The notes below the pieces were generated by a model that worked only from the letters and a program-made list of their open reading frames with translations, did not search any database and was not told where the DNA came from. A DNA stretch of 32,000 nucleotides from Okeania sp. (GTDB lineage Bacteria > Cyanobacteriota > Cyanobacteriia > Cyanobacteriales > Microcoleaceae). Within the stretch, counting starts at the first letter, position 1; each line of letters starts with the position of its first letter. Shown one piece after another: positions 26,107 through 32,000 of this stretch. The position numbers were made by a program, and so were the translations under genes. The stretch lies in NCBI RefSeq assembly GCF_035285525.1, contig NZ_JAYKGW010000059.1:1-32000 (forward strand). The letters run 5' to 3'.

Positions 26107-27318
26107 ATGGAAGAAATTAACGAGCAAATAATCAGTACGGTGGCAGACTTTTTCGGCATTTTTGGTCAAAAAGAAGCCTTCACTTTACTATTAGCAATAA
26201 ACCGAGAAAAAGTTTACAATGACTTCTTAAAAGCTGAAGCTGGTTTTAATAGTTATAAACTAGCTATTCTAGATAAAGGTATTAATAATTCTCCCTATCA
26301 AAACCAGGTAGAAAATTATCCAGAACATTTAAAAATGCTGCCTAGTTTAGCCATCCCAGGAGCAAAATCTTTTCCCAATATTGGCGAAATTCCAGAAATT
26401 GATGAACAAGCACTTAATTTTATTCATCCTGACATTAAAGAAGCTTGTATTTGTCTAGCTGGTACTGCTGGCGGACCTTTTAAATCTTATTGGTTAGGTA
26501 GAAATTCTTTGGATAAATGTCAATATTGGAGTTCTACTAAAATCATTCCAATTTTAAATACAATTTGTTCTCTTAATAGCGATATTAATACCTGTCAAAT
26601 TCGAGGAGATGACAAAAATATAGACTTTAATGAAGCTGTAGAAGATGTGATTAGTTATGCAGAAAAGGTAGGTAGTTCTAATGCTTTAGCTGCTATGTTT
26701 AAATGCTTCCAAACTTATGTTGATTTAGAATTATGGTTGAAGGAAGTTACAGGAAATAATCATACAGAATTTCAAGGTTTATATGGTGAAGAACCATTTA
26801 TTCTTTCTCCTGAAATTGTTCAAGATCATCAAGTTTTATTGAGTGCTGTATCAGAAAGTAAGAAGCGAGAAGACCAGACTGGAGAAAATACTGTTACTGC
26901 TTATGACTTAACTAGAATTATGTCAATGGTAGGATGGTTTTATCATTTACCAGAACCTGCAAAACTAACAGGAATGTCTTGGGAAAATTTACAACCTTTT
27001 ATTCGTAATCTTGGTAAGGATACTGCTCGTTATGTGGATGTTGCTATAGAAAAATTAGGAATTCAAAATAGTATTAAATATCCTGTTATTTTATCTAAAT
27101 TAGGTTTTGGATATAGCAGCAGTCGTCAGCGTACAGAACTTATTTATACTTGTTTTACTCAGTTTGAATATCAGAGAAAAGTTAAGTCTATAGCTATGAC
27201 TTTAAGAGGTGCAAAAGCATTAGGAGATTTTGACAAAGAAGCAGTAGAAATAGATGCTCGAATGGCAGCAGAAGTAACAGAAATTATCAGACTTTTAATA
27301 ACAGATGAACTGGGTTGA
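26107..27318 (+). CDS. Hypothetical protein (403 aa); possible divergent serine-hydrolase / beta-lactamase-like fold
   Basis: Clean ORF. Ordered motifs S142-S-T-K145, S190-S-N192 and K331-L-G333 resemble SxxK / SxN / K(T/S)G. This is pattern matching only. Confidence 0.6.
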   Translation: MEEINEQIISTVADFFGIFGQKEAFTLLLAINREKVYNDFLKAEAGFNSYKLAILDKGINNSPYQNQVENYPEHLKMLPSLAIPGAKSFPNIGEIPEIDEQALNFIHPDIKEACICLAGTAGGPFKSYWLGRNSLDKCQYWSSTKIIPILNTICSLNSDINTCQIRGDDKNIDFNEAVEDVISYAEKVGSSNALAAMFKCFQTYVDLELWLKEVTGNNHTEFQGLYGEEPFILSPEIVQDHQVLLSAVSESKKREDQTGENTVTAYDLTRIMSMVGWFYHLPEPAKLTGMSWENLQPFIRNLGKDTARYVDVAIEKLGIQNSIKYPVILSKLGFGYSSSRQRTELIYTCFTQFEYQRKVKSIAMTLRGAKALGDFDKEAVEIDARMAAEVTEIIRLLITDELG

Positions 27319-27333
27319 TTGAAGTTAGAAGTT

Positions 27334-27458
27334 AGAAGGAAAAAGGAAGAAGGAAAAAGGAAGAAGGAAGAAGGAAAAAGGAAGAAGGAAGAAAGAAAAA
27401 GGAAGAAGGAAGAAGTTTATAAGGAAAAAGGAAGAAGGAAAAAGGAAAAAGGAAGAAG
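27334..27458. repeat. Polypurine tandem repeat (GGAAGAAGGAAAAAG-type): 82-nt and 38-nt uninterrupted A/G runs
   Basis: 27334-27415 and 27421-27458 contain only A and G on the plus strand. It begins 16 nt after the stop of 26107..27318. Confidence 0.9.
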
Positions 27459-27798
27459 TTATGCCATTTGGGTGGGGAAGTGTGGAAGGTGTGGGAAGTA
27501 CAGGACTGAAAAAATATAGAGTTGTAAATATTCTCTGATGATAAAGAATTAGCCCTGCTTTTGAAAGTTGGGGGCAGAAAGTTTAGAAGGATTTAGACAA
27601 ACTAGCTTTTGATAACTGGATGTGGTATAATTTATAATTTGCCTGTAGCGCTATATCATGTAAGTTGCTAATCCAACAGCTTCTCTGCCTGACTTCTGAC
27701 TTCTAGCTCCTGACTTTTGACTATTACTAAAATAGTTAATCTAGTCAAACCAATAAGAGATAATTTGTTAATTGGAAATTGAAGGAAAATTTGACAAC

Positions 27799-28941
27799 AT
27801 GAAGCGCTCTCTATTTTTATTAATAAGTCTAATTGTTTTAGGTACAACATCCTGTAATGCGGTTAAAGAAATTGAAGAATACATTAAACCACTTCAGGAA
27901 TTTATCAAACCACTCCAGGAGTTTATTAAACCACTTCAGGAATTTATCAAACCACTTCAGGAATTAATTGAAGCATCCCCATCACCAACACCTACTGTAT
28001 CTCCCGTCGCAGAAAAAGAACAAAGAAGATTATTTGTGATTGAGCAAGATGAAAAATATGGGTATATCAATAATATGGGGGAAATATTAATTCCACCAAG
28101 ATTTGATCGGGTAAAAGATTTTTTTGAAGGGTTAGCAGCGGTAAAAATTGAAGAAAAGTGGGGTTATATTAATGAAAGAGGACAAATAGTTATTAAACCA
28201 GAATATGAATCTGTCTTACGTTTTTCTGAAGGATTAGCACCAGTCAAAAAAATTGGTCAAAGATGGAGTTATATTAATAGAAATGGAGGGGTAGTAATTG
28301 AACCGCAGTTTGAAGATGCGGTCTATTTTTCTGAAGGGTTGGCAAGAGTAACAATTGATGGTAAATGGGGTTATATAGATCAAACTGGAAAAATAGTAAT
28401 TAAGCCAGAATATAATGGTCAAACTGGACGGGGTTTTTTTATTGATGGATTAGCTGCTGTCAGAATTGGTACTGGTTATGAATATGGATATATAGATCAA
28501 ACTGGAGAAGTAATAATAGAGGCAAAATATGATTTTGCTGGAGATTTTATTGATGGTTTAGCCAGGGTGCAAATTGGCGATCGCTGGGGATATATTGATA
28601 AAAATGGTAAGGAAGTTATTACACCAAAGTTTGAATTTAGTCAAGATTTTTCTGATGGTTTAGCACCAGTGAAAATTAATGATAAATATGGTTATATAGA
28701 TACTTCTGGCAAAAGAGTTATTCAACCCCAATATGATTTTGCTGGCAATTTTTCGGAAGGTTTAGCAGAAGTTAGAATAGATGATAAGTATGGTTATATT
28801 AATGCTGTTAATGAGATGATTATTGATCCTGAGTTTGATAATGCTTTTGCCTTTTCTAATGGTATTGCAGAAGCATGGGTAGAGGAGAAAAAAGGTTACA
28901 TAGATAATATTGGTAGGTTTATTTGGAGTTCAAGTAATTAG
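27799..28941 (+). CDS. WG-repeat (KWG-type) lipoprotein
   Basis: MKRSLFLLISLIVLGTTSC is a lipoprotein-like signal. Nine copies of ..(K/R)(W/Y)GYI(D/N)..G..VI.P.(F/Y)D.. follow. ATG at 27799 is preferred over the TTG at 27772. Confidence 0.8.
   Translation: MKRSLFLLISLIVLGTTSCNAVKEIEEYIKPLQEFIKPLQEFIKPLQEFIKPLQELIEASPSPTPTVSPVAEKEQRRLFVIEQDEKYGYINNMGEILIPPRFDRVKDFFEGLAAVKIEEKWGYINERGQIVIKPEYESVLRFSEGLAPVKKIGQRWSYINRNGGVVIEPQFEDAVYFSEGLARVTIDGKWGYIDQTGKIVIKPEYNGQTGRGFFIDGLAAVRIGTGYEYGYIDQTGEVIIEAKYDFAGDFIDGLARVQIGDRWGYIDKNGKEVITPKFEFSQDFSDGLAPVKINDKYGYIDTSGKRVIQPQYDFAGNFSEGLAEVRIDDKYGYINAVNEMIIDPEFDNAFAFSNGIAEAWVEEKKGYIDNIGRFIWSSSN
27883..27966 (+). repeat. 4 x 21-bp in-frame tandem repeat (IKPLQEF)4 in the linker of the WG-repeat lipoprotein
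   Basis: ATTAAACCACTTCAGGAATTT units at 27883, 27904, 27925 and 27946, with a few synonymous or near-synonymous differences. Confidence 0.9.
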
Positions 28942-29282
28942 GGTTTGCGCTTCTTCAATCTTTTTTCAGGGTAGGGAGGTTCCATACAACTTCCCTACGG
29001 AAGCAAGAGAGTAGGGGAGTAGAGGAGCAGGAAAGTAATTTTTTTGCCCAACTTTTCCCGAAAATGGTCATTTCAGTTATCAGTAGAGAGTGAACCTCCA
29101 ACTTTAGTTGGAGGCTTGAAATACTGAGTTAAAATTTTTTCATCTCCTTAAAAGGGGAGGCTTTATACCTCTTTTTTTTGGTAAATTTTTGATTTTTCGG
29201 GAACCGTGCATTCAGCAGCTCAAAACCAGGTACTTTTTTCCTACCTAGAAAAGGCTAAAACCTTTATATGTTAATGCTTTTA

Positions 29283-29947
29283 TATTAACATGACTTACGA
29301 AAACAACGGGCTTCTGTCATGGCGCGACTCGCAGCTTGGCGATAGCGTTTGCTATCGCTCGCAATGACAATAGTGCTTAAAACCCCATACGCAATAGTTT
29401 TTTAACTCCATATATATAGCGCTGCTTTTAGGAAACAGGCAACAGGGAACAGGTATGGAGGAAGAATGAATATCTTATAATATAAGGCTTTTAGCTATTA
29501 TACACCTTCTGCAATTTGTAAATATTAAGTGCGCACATTGCTATATTACCTATGCGTAAGTCCTGTTGATAAATAAAAGGTAGAAAAATAGTTCCATCTC
29601 CCCATTTCCCCATCCCCCCATCTCCCTACCTAATTTTATAGATCTGGTTCGGGGTTCTATAGAACCCGAACCGTATCTTTACAAAACAGGACTGACGCAT
29701 GAACGCTATTAGTAGGGTGCATTACACTGACGTTAACGCACCGATACTCCATATATAGTCCCTTTGCGTAAGTCCTAAAAAGTGTGTTTTTTTTTGCGAA
29801 AGAAGTCAGGAGTGAGAGAAATAGAATACGGAAAAAGCTAGAATTAGAGCCTGATCTTCACCATATCCCCATCTCCCCATCCCCCTACCTAATTTTATAG
29901 ATTTGGTTCGGGGTTTTATTTCTATATAGCGCCTTTGCGTAAGTCCT
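29283..29947. repeat. Dense pile-up of dispersed repeats
   Basis: Contains ACTTACG-ended elements, two (CCCCATCT)n-ACCTAATTTTATAGAT modules, one complete CAGGACTGACGCA..TGCGTAAGTCCT unit at 29686-29777, and solo ..GCGTAAGTCCTG ends at 29565 and 29947. No credible ORF between 28942 and 30000. Confidence 0.75.
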
Positions 29948-30000
29948 GAATTATTAATTATTAATTATCCTAAGCTGAAAAATGTAGTAGGTTAGGTAAA

Positions 30001-32000
30001 ATGAAGCAAAACCAAACACCCCCTTTATCTCAACGAATGAACATCATCTTATGCCATAAAACCGCAGACTTCGACGCCCTGGGTGCCGCCGTCGGCCTAA
30101 CTCACCTCCACCCAGGTAGTCGCCTCGTACTCGCAGGTGGTTGTCATCCCACTGTCAAACAATTTCTTGCCCTCCATCGAGACGAGTTTGCTATCATTGA
30201 ACGTCGCTCGGTCAACCCAGAACAAATTCACTCCATATATATAGTAGATGTGCAAACCCGCTCCCGACTGGGAAAAACTGCCCAATGGTTAGACTTACCC
30301 CACCTCTCAGAAATTATCATCTACGACCACCACTGTGACATTCAAACCGATATTCCAGCGACCGAAACTCACATAGAAGCAGTGGGAGCTACCACAACCC
30401 TAATTACAGAAAAACTCCAGACTCTCAAAAAAAACACCCCCATTTTAACTCCAGCAGCAGCAACAATAATGGCACTTGGCATCCACGCTGATACTGGTTC
30501 CTTAACTTTTGACCACACAACCCCGCGAGACGCCAAAGCTTTAGCATGGTTAATGCAGCAAGGCGCAAGTTTACCAGTCATAGGCGAATACATCGAACCC
30601 GCTTTGTCACCCCAACTGCAAGAATTATTAAAAACAGCTCTGGAAAATTTACAACGCTCCACCGTGCGAAACTATCAAATAGGTTCCATACTCTTAAAAA
30701 CAGATGAATACGTTCCCGGTTTATCCAGTTTAGCTTCCAGTTTGATCGACCTCACAGAAATAGATGCTCTCCTCCTCGCCCACACCCACTCCCTCAAAAA
30801 TACAACGGAAAAAAGCTTAAATATTATCGGGCGATCCCGTATTCCAGAAACTAACCTCAACCAATTATTTCAACCTTTAGGAGGTGGGGGTCATTACCGA
30901 GCAGCAGCAGTTAGTTGCCGAGACTCCAACCCCGAAGCAACATTAGCAAAACTCCTAGAGCAACTAAAAAATCAAATTCCGCAGCCAACCACTGCCAGAA
31001 ATTTGATGTCATCTCCCGTTCGTACTATTCCTCCCGAAACATCTATAGCAGAAGCTCACCGAATATTACTACGTTACGGTCATTCTGGTTTATGTACGGT
31101 AGACTCATCTGGAAAATTAGTGGGAATTATTTCTCGGCGAGATATTGACATCGCTCTCCATCATGGTTTTAGTCATGCTCCAGTCAAAGGTTACATGACA
31201 CCCCAACTCAAAACTATTTCCCCAGAAACCACTCTCTCAAAAATTGAAGAATTAATGATAGCTTATGATATTGGGCGGTTGCCTGTATTGGAAAATAATT
31301 TTTTAGTGGGAATAGTCACCCGCACCGACGTTTTACGAGAACTGCATCAACAACAACGTCCCCAAAGTCAACAACTAGGGTGCATTCCCGGTGAAACTTG
31401 TAAATCTATTGCTGAACTTTTACAACAGCGTCTCGCTCCCCAACTCTGGCAACTACTCACCTGTGTAACTGAGGAAGCAGAAAAACGAGGTTGGGAACTA
31501 TATTTAATTGGAGGAGGAGTTAGAGATTTATTGTTATCAAAATCTGATGAGACTTTATTATTAACAGATATAGATTTGGTTGTGGATGGTTGTCACTCTG
31601 ACCAAAGAAAGGCAGAAGGTAGAGGGCAGAAAGCAGAAGGAAATAATAAGGCAGAAGGTAGAGAGCAGAAGGCAGAAGGGAAGGAGTTCGATGCTGAAGC
31701 CATAAGCAAAAGAAAGGCAAAAGGCACAGAGCAAAAATTTCCTGAAGAAAACCTTCCTCCTTCTGCTTCCTACCTCCTACCTTCTCACTCAGAATCTCCT
31801 TCTGAAGAAAACCTTCTGCCTTCTGAAAAAGCACCAGCGGTAGAGTTGGCAAAAGCATTGCAAAAAATCTACCCCACAGCACGTTTGGAAGTTCACGGAC
31901 AATTTCAAACTGCTGCTCTCCTCTGGCACAACGATTTAGTATTAGACTCCCTGTGGATAGATATTGCCACTGCTCGCACAGAATTTTATCCCTATCCAGC
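30001..32000 (+). CDS. DHH/DHHA1 - tandem CBS - poly(A) polymerase/CCA-adding tRNA nucleotidyltransferase family protein (3' end beyond the window)
   Basis: Frame 1 is open from ATG 30001 to the window edge (checked codon by codon). Motifs: HKTADFDALGAAVG, IIIYDHH, GGGGHYRAAA, two CBS-like blocks, then LYLIGGGVRDLLL...DIDLVVDG and ...DIATARTEFYPYP. The ORF track omits it because there is no stop in the window. Confidence 0.85.
   Translation, partial: MKQNQTPPLSQRMNIILCHKTADFDALGAAVGLTHLHPGSRLVLAGGCHPTVKQFLALHRDEFAIIERRSVNPEQIHSIYIVDVQTRSRLGKTAQWLDLPHLSEIIIYDHHCDIQTDIPATETHIEAVGATTTLITEKLQTLKKNTPILTPAAATIMALGIHADTGSLTFDHTTPRDAKALAWLMQQGASLPVIGEYIEPALSPQLQELLKTALENLQRSTVRNYQIGSILLKTDEYVPGLSSLASSLIDLTEIDALLLAHTHSLKNTTEKSLNIIGRSRIPETNLNQLFQPLGGGGHYRAAAVSCRDSNPEATLAKLLEQLKNQIPQPTTARNLMSSPVRTIPPETSIAEAHRILLRYGHSGLCTVDSSGKLVGIISRRDIDIALHHGFSHAPVKGYMTPQLKTISPETTLSKIEELMIAYDIGRLPVLENNFLVGIVTRTDVLRELHQQQRPQSQQLGCIPGETCKSIAELLQQRLAPQLWQLLTCVTEEAEKRGWELYLIGGGVRDLLLSKSDETLLLTDIDLVVDGCHSDQRKAEGRGQKAEGNNKAEGREQKAEGKEFDAEAISKRKAKGTEQKFPEENLPPSASYLLPSHSESPSEENLLPSEKAPAVELAKALQKIYPTARLEVHGQFQTAALLWHNDLVLDSLWIDIATARTEFYPYP
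31591..31830. repeat. In-frame low-complexity repeat insert (GGCAGAAGG units followed by inverted CCTTCTGCC units) inside the nucleotidyltransferase head domain
   Basis: Between DIDLVVDG and AVELAKAL lie about 80 codons: ...QRKAEGRGQKAEGNNKAEGREQKAEGKE...EENLPPSASYLLPSHSESPSEENLLPSEK. The left half is purine-rich and the right half is its approximate reverse complement. Confidence 0.7.

Noticed and set aside
27319-27519. 66-aa ORF (MKLEVRRKKEEGKRKKEEGKRKKEE...)
   Set aside because: It is the translation of the homopurine tandem repeat, starts at TTG and has no RBS. It is treated as non-coding repeat DNA.
27668-28422. Minus-strand ORFs 27668..27850 and 28234..28422, and the TTG start at 27772
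   Set aside because: The first overlaps a TGACTTC heptamer repeat and the 5' end of the lipoprotein gene. The second is antisense within that gene. The ATG at 27799 gives a proper signal peptide.
5500-30000. Possible CRISPR array among the many short repeats
   Set aside because: The repeats belong to several unrelated families, occur in both orientations and have irregular spacing and nested structure. There is no run of identical direct repeats with unique, uniform-length spacers, and there are no cas genes.
30097-31882. ORFs 30097..30285(-), 30369..30662(-), 30675..30860(-), 30915..31148(+) and 31520..31882(-)
   Set aside because: All lie inside the long open frame-1 gene (30001 to the window end), which has clear DHH, DHHA1, CBS and nucleotidyltransferase motifs. 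The 120-aa ORF at 31520 exists only because of the inverted-repeat insert.
1-32000. tRNA, rRNA, tmRNA or riboswitch elements in the long spacers
   Set aside because: I found no cloverleaf-compatible segment (no GTTCRANYC T-loop in a suitable context), no rRNA-like conserved blocks and no recognisable riboswitch core. The spacers are explained by dispersed repeats. A covariance-model scan (tRNAscan-SE, Infernal/Rfam) would be needed to exclude them formally.

Overview
AT-rich, repeat-saturated chromosomal segment that looks like a filamentous (Nostocales-type) cyanobacterium. Support: I count 12 exact HIP1 octamers (GCGATCGC) by eye, STRR-like heptamer tandems, several families of small hairpin or MITE-like dispersed repeats in almost every intergenic spacer, two Uma2 (DUF820) nuclease paralogues and a WG-repeat lipoprotein. 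I support about 20 protein genes and see no rRNA, tRNA, CRISPR array, transposase or integrase. Housekeeping-type genes sit in the right half: aldo/keto reductase, peroxiredoxin-like redoxin, and a 3'-truncated DHH-CBS-CCA/poly(A)-polymerase-family gene. The left and centre are accessory-like: (i) a monocistronic 1315-aa orphan giant protein; (ii) a co-oriented block of five unassignable genes, including two paralogous coiled-coil proteins; (iii) an overlapping XRE-HTH / ImmA-IrrE metallopeptidase pair, transcribed divergently from that block across a spacer with four TTGA-N8-TCAA sites; (iv) immediately downstream, a single-HKD PLD-family nuclease divergent from a NACHT STAND NTPase that has an N-terminal LuxR-type HTH and no repeat sensor. 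The centre of the window (about 6.5-17.2 kb) is my best candidate for an undescribed stress- or phage-responsive system. Other notable points: a 2.16-kb segment bounded by perfect 20-bp inverted repeats that carries a DUF3768-like gene; a 110-bp MITE with a perfect 8-bp target-site duplication; a histidine-kinase relic; a frameshifted Uma2 gene; long all-purine tracts; and an in-frame repeat insertion of about 80 codons inside the CCA-family gene. All functional calls come from motif recognition by eye, with no database searches.
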